The position numbers were made by a program, and so were the translations under genes. Positions 29,373-38,279 of a DNA stretch of 49,986 nucleotides are shown here, one piece after another; position 1 is the stretch's first letter, and every line of letters starts with the position of its first letter. Under the pieces are notes generated by a model. It was not told the DNA's origin and ran no database searches. It saw only the letters and a program-made list of their open reading frames with translations. This stretch comes from Bdellovibrionia bacterium (GTDB taxonomy: Bacteria; Bdellovibrionota; UBA1018), in NCBI GenBank assembly GCA_045805065.1, contig JBJMMA010000115.1, positions 1-49,986 of the forward strand, given 5' to 3'.

Positions 29373-30413
29373 ATGTCCCCACTCGAACTCCTGGTCTGCC
29401 TCCTTTTGATTTTGACGTCGGCATTCCTCTCATCTTCCGAGATCGCGCTCTTCAGTCTTTCTCGGTTTCAGCTGCGTTTTCTGCGCGACCACGTCCAGGC
29501 CGGCACGTTTCGCAATATCAAGCGGCTGACGCAGGACCCAGGCGGTCTTCTCGTCACGATCCTGGTCTTGAACGAGATCGTCAATATCGGGCTCTCCTCG
29601 CTCGTCACCAAGTCCATCGCCCTTCAGTCAGGTCAACCCCTGGACTCAGGCCACTGGGTCTCGGACCTTCTGCGCGGCACGGGCATCACGACTCTGATCA
29701 TTCTCTTTGCCTGCGAGATCACGCCAAAAGTGGTGGGAGCTAAAGCAAACCAGCTCATCTCCACACTTTCGTCCCGGCCACTCTCTTTCATCTATGAGGC
29801 CATGAAGCCTGTCCGTTGGCTGCTCAAAAGCCTGGTCTCATTCACCTCGCAAAAGCTGAAAGATGATCCAAACGGCGAAGGCTCGGCAAAGGGCGCAAAG
29901 CTCAAGGAGTCCGAATTCCTTCTCATGGTTGAAGAAGGCCACAAGGAAGGCGCCATCCATCAAAGTGAGCTTGAGCTGATTCAAAACGTCTTTGAATTTG
30001 ATGACTCGCGAGTGGAAAGCATTCTCACTCCCCTCAATCAAGTCCACACCGTCTCCCAGGATACGACCGTGAAAAGCGCGCTCTCCACGCGCCGAAGCCG
30101 CCGCTTTTCCCGCATCCCGATCACAACGCCGAATAAGCGGCAGATCGTGGGCATTCTCTACACAAAGGATCTTCTTCGCGCGAAACTTGAGCAAGGCATG
30201 ATGAACCATCCGGTTTCTGAACTCATGCGAAAACCGCTTTTTGTGCATCCATCCATGCAGCTCAATGCCCTCTTCAGAAAGTTCAAGCAACACCGGATGC
30301 ATATGGCCGTCGTTCAGAAGCCAAGCGGAGAGACCCTGGGCGTGGTCACCATGGATGACGTGCTGGATTCACTCTTTGGAGATCTTTTGCCGGATGAGGA
30401 GGACAAGGAATGA
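29373..30413 (+). CDS. CNNM/DUF21 + CBS domain protein (hemolysin/CorB-like)
   Basis: Motifs SAFLSSSEIALFSL, TILVLNEIVNI, EITPK, FSRIP and GVVTMDDVL. Confidence 0.9.
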   Translation: MSPLELLVCLLLILTSAFLSSSEIALFSLSRFQLRFLRDHVQAGTFRNIKRLTQDPGGLLVTILVLNEIVNIGLSSLVTKSIALQSGQPLDSGHWVSDLLRGTGITTLIILFACEITPKVVGAKANQLISTLSSRPLSFIYEAMKPVRWLLKSLVSFTSQKLKDDPNGEGSAKGAKLKESEFLLMVEEGHKEGAIHQSELELIQNVFEFDDSRVESILTPLNQVHTVSQDTTVKSALSTRRSRRFSRIPITTPNKRQIVGILYTKDLLRAKLEQGMMNHPVSELMRKPLFVHPSMQLNALFRKFKQHRMHMAVVQKPSGETLGVVTMDDVLDSLFGDLLPDEEDKE

Positions 30414-31690
30414 GCCTCGCAACGCCTACTCTCGAATCCTGGCATCTCCTCTTGTTTGTCCCGATTCTGCTTCTTTGCGAAGCGTTCTTTTCGGGCTCTG
30501 AGATCGCGCTTTTGTCCGCTGATCGCGTGGCGCTGAAAGAGCGTGAAAAGAACGGAAGCAAACGCGCAAGCCTTGCGGTGAACCTCACTTCTCATCCTGA
30601 GCGAGTGTTCTCGACCACCCTGCTCGTCACCAGCCTTTGCGTCACCAGCATCTCGGGAATGATCTCGCTTTTCTACATGGACCGTATCGGAGGAAAGCAT
30701 GCCGATTGGCTTGCGATTCTGACCGCCTCTCCGATCATCGTGATTTTCGGGGAGCTGATCCCAAAGACGATCTTTCAGCGCTATGCGGATCGATTGGCGC
30801 CTTGGGTTGCACCTGTGGTCTATGGCGTCTTCATCGCCTTCTACCCGATCACCCGTGTGCTCTCAATCTACACCACTCGCCTCTCGCGCGTAGTCGGCCC
30901 GATTGAGCAGCTTCTGACCGGAAAAAAGCCCACGACCCGCGATGAGCTCCGATCACTCATGAGCTTTAACAAGCGCGAGACCGAGATCACGACGAGCGAA
31001 AAGCGGATGATCAAGCGCATCTTGGATTTCAAGGAATCCGAGGCCAAGCACGCGCTCATTCCATTGGTTCGTGTTGAAGCCATTGAAGACTCGGCATCCG
31101 TCCGCGAGGCGCTTGAGCGCTTTGAAAGCCATCGCCACTCGCGCATGCCGGTCTACTCGGAGCGCGTCGATAACATCATCGGCATTCTTGAGACGACGGA
31201 CCTTTTTACGGCAACGGATCTCAATCAACCGATTCGCAATTACGTTTCCTCCGCTCACTATGTGGCTGAGACCCAGTCGCTTGAAGACCTTCTCAAGGAG
31301 ATGAGCCGCGAGGACAACGAAATGGTGGTTGTCGTTGATGAGCATGGTGGCGCCGTCGGAATTTTGACGTTCGAGGACATCGTCGAAGAGATCGTCGGCG
31401 AAATCAGTGACGAGTACGATCAGGAATCCAAGCCCTATCGAGAAATCGAGCAAGGCCACTGGCTGGTTCAAGCGCGCATGGAAATCGATCAGATCAATGA
31501 CCTGCTCAAGATCGAGCTACCTCATGGAGATTACGAGACATTGAGCGGTTTTCTGCTCCAGCAGTTTGGGCGGATTCCTGAGCCGCGCGATGAGCTTTTC
31601 TTCAATACTCCTGTCGGTCAGCTGAAGTTCACCGTCAAGCAAGCGACGGAAAGACATATCGAAACAGTCCTGATCGAAATCGTCGAATAA
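30410..31690 (+). CDS. CNNM/DUF21 + CBS + CorC domain protein
   Basis: Motifs FFSGSEIAL, FGELIPK, HSRMPVY, VVDEHGG, EDIVEEIVGEISDEYD and YETLSGF. Confidence 0.92.
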   Translation: MSLATPTLESWHLLLFVPILLLCEAFFSGSEIALLSADRVALKEREKNGSKRASLAVNLTSHPERVFSTTLLVTSLCVTSISGMISLFYMDRIGGKHADWLAILTASPIIVIFGELIPKTIFQRYADRLAPWVAPVVYGVFIAFYPITRVLSIYTTRLSRVVGPIEQLLTGKKPTTRDELRSLMSFNKRETEITTSEKRMIKRILDFKESEAKHALIPLVRVEAIEDSASVREALERFESHRHSRMPVYSERVDNIIGILETTDLFTATDLNQPIRNYVSSAHYVAETQSLEDLLKEMSREDNEMVVVVDEHGGAVGILTFEDIVEEIVGEISDEYDQESKPYREIEQGHWLVQARMEIDQINDLLKIELPHGDYETLSGFLLQQFGRIPEPRDELFFNTPVGQLKFTVKQATERHIETVLIEIVE

Positions 31691-31781
31691 GTTTCGCTCT
31701 CTCATTTATTTTCCGGGACAGCTTGCGCGAACTCCCTCCGGACGAGACAATTTCATCTAGTCAGAGTTCAGGGAGTGAACG

Positions 31782-32207
31782 ATGCAATCAAGTCCAAAGA
31801 CGGTTCTTATTGTTGATGATGTCGCATTCGTGCGGCAAACGCTTCGCGAGATTTTCTCCGAGGCGGGCTATCGCGTAGTCGGCGAAGCTTCCGACGGCGC
31901 TGAGGCCGTCAGTCTCTACGGTCAGCTCAACCCTGACATCGTGACGATGGATATCGTCATGCCGCAAATGAGCGGAATCGACGCCACTCGCCGCATCGTC
32001 AAAACCGATGCTTCAGCTCGTGTCGTGATCATCTCCGCCATGGGCCAGGAAAATCTCGTGATGGAAGCGATCAATGTCGGCGCCAAGGACTATATCCTGA
32101 AGCCCTTCACTTCCACCGATGTCCTCAAGACCGTCGAGCGCGCACTGATTGATGAGACCCCTACCTTCAATCGCGCAGCTCGCGAAGCAAAACCTCAGAC
32201 GGGCTGA
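31782..32207 (+). CDS. Single-domain response regulator (CheY-like)
   Basis: Motifs VLIVDD, DIVTMDIVMP, IISAMGQ and YILKPF. Confidence 0.93.
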   Translation: MQSSPKTVLIVDDVAFVRQTLREIFSEAGYRVVGEASDGAEAVSLYGQLNPDIVTMDIVMPQMSGIDATRRIVKTDASARVVIISAMGQENLVMEAINVGAKDYILKPFTSTDVLKTVERALIDETPTFNRAAREAKPQTG

Positions 32208-32221
32208 AGGAGCTTTTCAAG

Positions 32222-32689
32222 ATGACGACTCCGAGTTTGGACTTATTGACTCAATCGTTGCCTGAGAACTTTTCATTCTATCATCTCGGCGTGATCGCCT
32301 TGCGCGATGCCGTATCCGATCAATCAGCACGAACGATTCCGGATCCGAACGACGATCGCGCAGCGCTGGCCTATCACCTTCGCGGCGACGTCCAGGCAAC
32401 GGTCGTTCTGTTGCTTGAGCCCGGCCTGGACGTGTCCATGTATTCTGAGGCGGGAAACATCATCGCAAGCAAGCTTGCGACTATCCTTGCTGAAAAACAC
32501 GGCGTCGACGTTGTCATCTCGCCTCCGGCCCGGCTGGAGCGGACGCAGCTCAATCTGCTCGCATCAGCTACGCAGGACATCGCCGAGAAAACTTATGTCC
32601 ATTCTCATGCAGGAAAGGAAGTCCTGCTCGATGCCTTGCTCTTGAATTACTCGGCGGCAAAATCGCCTGCTGACGGGAGACCTGTATGA
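32222..32689 (+). CDS. CheC/CheX-like phosphatase
   Basis: SMYSEAGNIIAS (E-x-x-N motif) followed by VVISPP. Adjacent to the CheY-like gene. Confidence 0.65.
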   Translation: MTTPSLDLLTQSLPENFSFYHLGVIALRDAVSDQSARTIPDPNDDRAALAYHLRGDVQATVVLLLEPGLDVSMYSEAGNIIASKLATILAEKHGVDVVISPPARLERTQLNLLASATQDIAEKTYVHSHAGKEVLLDALLLNYSAAKSPADGRPV

Positions 32690-33087
32690 TCCACGCCATG
32701 GGATGGCTTGTTAAGATCACGCTCTTTTCGATTTTTATCCTGGTTCTGGGAAACTGGATCCAATGGAACGGTAGATCCGTCTCGGACCAGGTTAAAACAC
32801 AGATCTCGCATGCCGAACGCTCGGACTTTGCGAACTCAATCCGCCGCTGGACCGGAAACGTGGCCCACGACGTGAGAAACGGCGCTGCTCACAAGAGCGT
32901 GCGCCACAAGAACGAGTCTCGCCCTAAAGAGGTCGCTTCTCAGGAAACATCGTCCGAAGAAACGAACGAAGCGCCGGCTGATGTCCAGCCAATGGAGAAG
33001 ATCCACTCTTCAGAGCGACAAAAACTTCGTGCCTTGATTCAAGAGCTCAATACGTCCACGTCGGCAGACCGACGTGGTACGCACTAA
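32686..33087 (+). CDS. Hypothetical protein with N-terminal membrane anchor
   Basis: ATGA overlap with the upstream gene. TM WLVKITLFSIFILVLG followed by a polar body. Confidence 0.7.
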   Translation: MIHAMGWLVKITLFSIFILVLGNWIQWNGRSVSDQVKTQISHAERSDFANSIRRWTGNVAHDVRNGAAHKSVRHKNESRPKEVASQETSSEETNEAPADVQPMEKIHSSERQKLRALIQELNTSTSADRRGTH

Positions 33088-33120
33088 GCTCTGATCGGCT
33101 TCGCAGTCTTATTAAAATTT

Positions 33121-33342
33121 TCAGTCAGCAGAGCGACCGTGTGCAGAACGGCCTTTATCGCCATCCGTATCAGCGCTACCGCGGCTGGAATTGGATTCGG
33201 CTTGGGCCTTTTGCTGCAGCACACACTGAGTACCACGGTGATCGACATCAGCACCCAAGGTTTGTCCAACCTTCGAGGATGCCATCGCCGAGCTTGATAC
33301 CATCAGAGCTAATGTCGCACTCAAAATCAGTTTCGACTTCAT
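33121..33342 (-). CDS. Small exported protein (73 aa)
   Basis: GGAG RBS and Sec signal MKSKLILSATLALMVSSSAMA. Confidence 0.7.
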   Translation of the reverse strand: MKSKLILSATLALMVSSSAMASSKVGQTLGADVDHRGTQCVLQQKAQAESNSSRGSADTDGDKGRSAHGRSAD

Positions 33343-33497
33343 AACCACTCCCAAAATCACTCTCCAGATCTCTCTGGGACGCGTGCCCTCGTCTTCGCTG
33401 AACAGGCACTTCACTCAACTTCGTCTGTCACGTTTCGCGCTTTGCTCCGCCTAGAGGAACCATTCCGCTAAGCCATTGCGCTCACAGGCAGTTAGAG

Positions 33498-33513
33498 TGC
33501 ATCGCATGTGCCA
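33498..33513 (-). promoter_or_regulatory. Candidate sigma54 promoter TGGCAC-ATGCG-ATGCA
   Basis: GG-N10-GC spacing with TGGCAC, oriented toward the 33342 ORF. An AT-rich tract and TGT/ACA-type repeats lie further upstream. Confidence 0.6.
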
Positions 33514-33734
33514 CACTGCGTCACTATTGCCACATTTGATAAGTGCTTAAAATAAAAGGACTTATTTTCAGGAGAAAAGCACCCTGTGGCGGAGATGTCC
33601 TGTGGCTGCCGATACACAGGGGTGACAGGTGTATAGGCTCTGAACACATCTCATTGCACTGGGTTATAAGATGAATTGTTAATTTTCATAATAATGTTTA
33701 CACAATTTAACTAGTCGCATTATATTTGATCTAT

Positions 33735-34553
33735 ATGGTCAAGCATTGGATGCCTATTCTCTTCATAGCTTTTGGAACAATGGAATGCCCTGCAAGCGGC
33801 GCTGACTCCGAGCCCTCGCTCTTCCAGGAATCCAAAAGCGTCAAGGTACTTGGCCGGAACATGGGAGGAGCGTTTGTCACAGGGACCGCTTCCGACACGC
33901 AACAAATTCAGGCCACGGCTACAACCACCGTTTTAGGAAAAAATCTTCAGCCTCTGCAGGCTTTCGTCAATCCCCCGATGAACATCGGAGACACGACGTA
34001 CGTCGAGTATTACTCCTTCGGCGCGCGCGTGTTTCAAGAGAGCTACTACTACTCGCACGATGGGATCCTGTCGATGAAGGCAGGGATCATTCCCACCGAG
34101 GTGAGAGTTCCGGTCGTAAAGTATCCCGTGGGCCCGCTGGTGATCTCCATCGACGGTGGTGCGCGCTTTCAAGCCAATGTCGAAACCAAGCTCTCCCCTA
34201 CAATCATGTTTCCTGCTTCGATGTCCACGCTGGAGGCGAAGCTTGCCGCAAACGCAAGCGCTGCGGGCTTTATCGAAGGAAGCGCAAAGCTTTTCGTCAT
34301 GCGTGCAGGAGTTGGCGGAGAGCTGAGCCTGGTGAACGCAAAAGCCGAGGTTGACTCGCTCATCTTTTTTGACGGCAGACATCCTGTCACGGAGCTCGGC
34401 GTATTTGCGGCCTTTCTCAGAGGAAAGATTTTCTCGTTCTTTGATCTCTTCAACATCTTTCAGTTCGGCTGGAGCCGCTTTTCTGAAAACGACTTTTACC
34501 GCAGCAAGGGCTACTGCGTATCCAAAGGAAACCTTCAATGTCCCGCCTGGTGA
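33735..34553 (+). CDS. Exported beta-strand-rich protein, similar in pattern to the C-terminal beta sheets of MTP/vitellogenin-type lipid transfer proteins
   Basis: N-terminal hydrophobic segment and long amphipathic strands (YPVGPLVISIDGGARF, ASAAGFIEGSAKLFVMRAGVGGELSL). C-terminal Cys pair. Start is uncertain (33726, 33735 or 33750). Confidence 0.6.
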   Translation: MVKHWMPILFIAFGTMECPASGADSEPSLFQESKSVKVLGRNMGGAFVTGTASDTQQIQATATTTVLGKNLQPLQAFVNPPMNIGDTTYVEYYSFGARVFQESYYYSHDGILSMKAGIIPTEVRVPVVKYPVGPLVISIDGGARFQANVETKLSPTIMFPASMSTLEAKLAANASAAGFIEGSAKLFVMRAGVGGELSLVNAKAEVDSLIFFDGRHPVTELGVFAAFLRGKIFSFFDLFNIFQFGWSRFSENDFYRSKGYCVSKGNLQCPAW

Positions 34554-36265
34554 TCAAGCATCTTGCACCTCTTGCAGCACTGGCGATTGCGACCCTGGGC
34601 TCGACGTATTTTCTATCTAATCCACCTGCACGCACAGTCCCAGCAGATGCGCCTTCATCTGCGACTTCGACCACTGGCGCCGGCGTAGCGATTTCAGGAC
34701 GCTCTCCTGCGAGCATTTCTCCATCTCAAGCGAGTCAGGTACCCCACTATCGTCCCAAGGCAGGGCGTCGATACGTTTACTCCTTTCAGCGAAGAATCAC
34801 GATCAAAGGGCTTGCTCAAAGCAGCGCCTCTCCATCCGAGATCACCTATCATGGCCAATTTGAGATCGACGTTCTGAACAGCGACGCAAAAGGCATGGAG
34901 GCCCTGACCCGGGCTCATCTGATTGAGCATGAAACGAAGTCTCCCGTGACTCTGAAGATCCAACTGAGCTCAGCCGGTGATCAACTCAAGGTTTTCGGAA
35001 CCTCGTTGAAAACAGAAGATGAACGCCAACAATCGGCAATCCTGAAAGACCTTCTTTCCCTCTGGGGATTTAATCTTCGTGAAGATACCGTAGGTCCCTT
35101 TGATGCCCGATTTGAAACTGAACCTCTGCGCAAAACAAAACTGAGCTATAAGGCATCTTTTCCTGAAGTCCTTGAGTCAGAGCATTTTCTGGGCTGGGAT
35201 GAATACCGCGCGCTTCCGCACGAAGTCAGTGGCCACGAAACGACGCGAATGGGGAATGCCCAGCAGACACTTTCCGCAAGCAGCGAGTATCAGATTCTTT
35301 TGATTCAGGACCAGGCTCTGCCAGCTGATTCCGCGCAAATTGCTTTGGAGCTGAAAGACTCTGAGGCTCTCGCTGTGAGCACAAGCGCACGAACTCAAGA
35401 TCCATCGGATCTGGATTGGCCCTCTTTGCAAGCATCGCTTCAGGGGCTTGCCCAGATGGACTCCAATGCACAGCTTAAAGTATTTGGAGATCTGACGCGT
35501 TTTCTCAAGTCTCGCCCTGGATCAGCCAATGAAATGATCGATCTCCTTCGCACTCAAGGCGCGATTCAGCTTGGCGTTCAATCGGCTCTTTTCAAAGCTG
35601 TCCTGGGTGCTCTCATCAGTTCCGGCACCTCTGAAGGACAAAGCGCAGCCCTGAGAATTTACTCTGATCCGTCCTGTCCTGTTTCTGGTAAAGGCGCGAT
35701 CTTATCAGCACTGACGACTTCGCAGGCACCTCTCACCCCCGCAACGCAGGATTTTCTCGCCTCAACCATGAAGTCTGATCCAAATAAAGATCTCGCCCAA
35801 GGTGCATCTTATGCCCTGGGAGCTTCACTTCAGAACTCGCCGGAGAGCGCGCAAAAGACAGAGGTTATCGAATCGCTCCGTCAGACCCTCGCAAGCAGCA
35901 GCGCAAGTCTATCCGATCAACTCTCCGCGCTTGATGCGATTGGAAACAGCGGACAAGCCAGTTACTTACCAGAACTCCGGGCTTTCATTTCTAACCCAGA
36001 TTCGTCCGCAGTATTGAAAGCCAAAGCGGTTTTTGCTCTCCGCTTTATCCGCTCAAGCGAGGCAATAGATCTTCTTGCGCGGTCTCTTTCTGCTTCTGAC
36101 TTTCAGGTCAGGCAATCCGCCGCACGAGCCATCGCCATGGCAAGCTGGAGCGAATCCTTTAGAAAACCGCTTCAAAGCTGCGCTTCCTCAGACCCTTACA
36201 CCAGCATTCAATCCATTTGTCGTTCGGCACTTGAGGCAACGGGGCCTCAGGTTGCTTCAAATTGA
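34538..36265 (+). CDS. Vitellogenin_N/LPD_N-like beta domain plus HEAT-like helical repeat protein
   Basis: Signal/anchor, then AGRRYVYSF, ILKDLLS, EDTVG, RKTK, ALISSGT, SYALGA, LDAIGNSG and KAVFALR. Confidence 0.7.
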   Translation: MSRLVIKHLAPLAALAIATLGSTYFLSNPPARTVPADAPSSATSTTGAGVAISGRSPASISPSQASQVPHYRPKAGRRYVYSFQRRITIKGLAQSSASPSEITYHGQFEIDVLNSDAKGMEALTRAHLIEHETKSPVTLKIQLSSAGDQLKVFGTSLKTEDERQQSAILKDLLSLWGFNLREDTVGPFDARFETEPLRKTKLSYKASFPEVLESEHFLGWDEYRALPHEVSGHETTRMGNAQQTLSASSEYQILLIQDQALPADSAQIALELKDSEALAVSTSARTQDPSDLDWPSLQASLQGLAQMDSNAQLKVFGDLTRFLKSRPGSANEMIDLLRTQGAIQLGVQSALFKAVLGALISSGTSEGQSAALRIYSDPSCPVSGKGAILSALTTSQAPLTPATQDFLASTMKSDPNKDLAQGASYALGASLQNSPESAQKTEVIESLRQTLASSSASLSDQLSALDAIGNSGQASYLPELRAFISNPDSSAVLKAKAVFALRFIRSSEAIDLLARSLSASDFQVRQSAARAIAMASWSESFRKPLQSCASSDPYTSIQSICRSALEATGPQVASN

Positions 36266-36281
36266 AGCCTCAAAAAGCAGA

Positions 36282-36310
36282 AAGCCCACGCTCAAATAGA
36301 GCGCGGGCTT
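36282..36310 (-). terminator. Intrinsic terminator of hup
   Basis: Minus strand AAGCCCGCGCTC-tattt-GAGCGTGGGCTT followed by TCTGCTTTTT. Confidence 0.75.
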
Positions 36311-36339
36311 CCTAAAAATCATCAGAGCTGGAAATTAAC

Positions 36340-36612
36340 TTATTTCACAGCGTCCTTGAATTCGCGGCCTGGGCGGAACTTTGGCACAGTCATGGCTGGG
36401 ATTTTGATTTCCTTGCCAGTTTGTGGGTTGCGGCCCATGCGAGCTTTGCGCTTCGTCTTGGTGAAAGTGCCGAAGCCGATCAAGGTGACGTCTTCGCCCT
36501 TCTTGATGGACTTCTTAATCGTGTCGAGTGCAGTGTTGAGCACCATTTCAGCGTCGACCTTCGTCATCTTTGCTTGTTTTGCCACTGCTTCGATCAATTG
36601 CGCTTTATTCAT
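36340..36612 (-). CDS. hup: DNA-binding protein HU
   Basis: Motifs MNKAQLI, LIGFGTF, ARMGRNPQTG and PKFRPG. AAGGAG RBS. Confidence 0.97.
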   Translation of the reverse strand: MNKAQLIEAVAKQAKMTKVDAEMVLNTALDTIKKSIKKGEDVTLIGFGTFTKTKRKARMGRNPQTGKEIKIPAMTVPKFRPGREFKDAVK

Positions 36613-36775
36613 TTCTTATTTCTCCTTAAATAACTACAGCAGATTACTTCAACAGATTTTTAACAACAACTTCAACAAATTCCACATCCACACCACAACC
36701 ACTTGCAACACTCATCTTGAAAACTAATCTGATGGTTCGCGTTTTCACGAGACAATCCATGACTCGTATGAGGCG

Positions 36776-36804
36776 ATGATCCATAAATTCTTTTACGGTG
36801 TCAA
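36776..36804 (-). promoter_or_regulatory. Candidate sigma70 promoter for hup (TTGACA-N17-GATCAT)
   Basis: Perfect -35, 17-nt spacer and a 4/6 match to the -10 consensus. Confidence 0.5.
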
Positions 36805-36858
36805 CGCTACATTTTCACTTCTGGTCAGCTACTAGGGCGCTTACGCGCATTTTTCGCT

Positions 36859-37425
36859 TCAAACTTCTCTGACAATTCGAAGAGTTTTGATCACCACGTC
36901 TTGAAGCGGACGATCCATTGGAGCGCCCGAAGTTTTCACGCTTCCAATCGCCGTAACATTCTCCAGTCCTCGCACAACATGGCCGAAAACCGAGTGCACG
37001 CCGTCCAGATGCGGAGTTGGACCCAAAGTAATAAAATATTGGCTGCCGCCCGAGTCTGGTGCGCTGGTCTTCGCCATCGACAGAATTCCTGGTCCGCTGT
37101 GTCTGAGCGAAGGCACAAGCTCATCTTTAATCGTGTATCCTGGGCCACCACGACCCGTTCCCGTTGGATCGCCGGTTTGAACCATGAAGCCCTTAATCAC
37201 GCGATGAAAGATCGTTCCATCGTAGTAAGGGCCATCGCCTTTTTTTCCGGTGCGTGGATTGACGTGCTCTTTTTCGCCCGTCGCAAGTCCCACAAAATTC
37301 TTCACGGTCCCGGGAGTTTTTTCTTCCTCAAGCTTTGCAACGATTTCGCCCATAGTGGTATCGAAAATCGCATAAAGACCTTTGCCTAAGCCCAATTTCT
37401 CTTCAGTGACCGGACGAGTTGCCAT
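36859..37425 (-). CDS. Cyclophilin-type peptidyl-prolyl isomerase
   Basis: Motifs YYDGTIFHRVIKGFMVQTGDP, GILSMA, GSQYFIT and LDGVHSVFG. Confidence 0.96.
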   Translation of the reverse strand: MATRPVTEEKLGLGKGLYAIFDTTMGEIVAKLEEEKTPGTVKNFVGLATGEKEHVNPRTGKKGDGPYYDGTIFHRVIKGFMVQTGDPTGTGRGGPGYTIKDELVPSLRHSGPGILSMAKTSAPDSGGSQYFITLGPTPHLDGVHSVFGHVVRGLENVTAIGSVKTSGAPMDRPLQDVVIKTLRIVREV

Positions 37426-37429
37426 TGTT

Positions 37430-37948
37430 TTACTTTCCCTTACTTGTTTTAACTTTTTTACTCGTTTTAGTTTTCTGAAGTTCGCGCAAATGCTCGCGCA
37501 GAACTTTCAACATCCGACGGTTGGATGAAAACCCTAACCGCTTTCCCGCTTGCGAAGGAACCACCCATTCATAATCGGTATGTTCTTTAGGGTCCAGCCT
37601 CACTTTCGGCAATTCGCCTTTCGCGGTGAGTGGTGCGATGAGAAAAAATCCGTGCTCCTCCGCCATGCCGCCCCAACGTGACTCAAACCGAAAGCACTCA
37701 TTCAGGCTCTGAGGCTTCTTTGGAAACTCAATTCCAGTCTCCTCAACAGCCTCTCTCAAGGCCGCTTTTGGAATGCGCTCCCCTTTTTCGACGCTCCCCG
37801 TAACAGGCTGCCAATATCCTCCCCGGTCCTTTCGCATCTTCAAAAGGAGCACCTTCCACCCCGAGTTAGGGCGTTTTGGGTCGGAGGAAGCAATCCAGAC
37901 CTGGACTTTTAGGTGCGGCTTGTCAGATTTTGGCGCATTTTTACTCAT
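37430..37948 (-). CDS. NUDIX hydrolase (NudB-like)
   Basis: YWQPVTGSVEKGE...AALREAVEETG Nudix box and EHTDYEW. Start reassigned to ATG 37948. Confidence 0.88.
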   Translation of the reverse strand: MSKNAPKSDKPHLKVQVWIASSDPKRPNSGWKVLLLKMRKDRGGYWQPVTGSVEKGERIPKAALREAVEETGIEFPKKPQSLNECFRFESRWGGMAEEHGFFLIAPLTAKGELPKVRLDPKEHTDYEWVVPSQAGKRLGFSSNRRMLKVLREHLRELQKTKTSKKVKTSKGK

Positions 37949-38120
37949 GACCCTGAGCATATAATACAATATGGCTTGCGTCGCATCCCTTGGGTCGCTA
38001 TATGATGGAATCTCCGCGAGCCGTTTTCTCTGCACGCCCCACCACCGCTTGTCGCTCCGGCCGCAAGCGTTGTTTGGGTCCGGGTTCATTTGGAAATGTC
38101 TCGATGGTCCATAAGTGTGG

Positions 38121-38196
38121 GCCGATGTAGCTCAGTCGGTAGAGCAACGCTTTCGTAAAGCGTAGGTCGTCCGTTCGATCCGGATCATCGGCTCCA
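38121..38196 (+). tRNA. tRNA-Thr (anticodon CGT)
   Basis: Cloverleaf: acceptor GCCGATG/CATCGGC, D-arm GCTC/GAGC, anticodon stem ACGCT/AGCGT with loop TTCGTAA, T-loop TTCGATC and encoded CCA. Confidence 0.97.
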
Positions 38197-38201
38197 TTTT
38201 A

Positions 38202-38263
38202 AATTCGGCCCCAACCTCTTGAAGTGAAACGGAAACGTCACTTCCTGAGTTTGGGGCCGAATT
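38202..38263. terminator. Long hairpin between the tRNA and the convergent gene
   Basis: AATTCGGCCCCAA..GAAGTGA pairs with TCACTTC..TTGGGGCCGAATT. Confidence 0.7.
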
Positions 38264-38279
38264 CGTTTCTGGGGCCTAC

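Noticed and set aside
37949..38089. N-terminal extension of the NUDIX ORF
   Set aside because: It spans the likely divergent promoter region of the NUDIX gene and tRNA and does not look protein-like.
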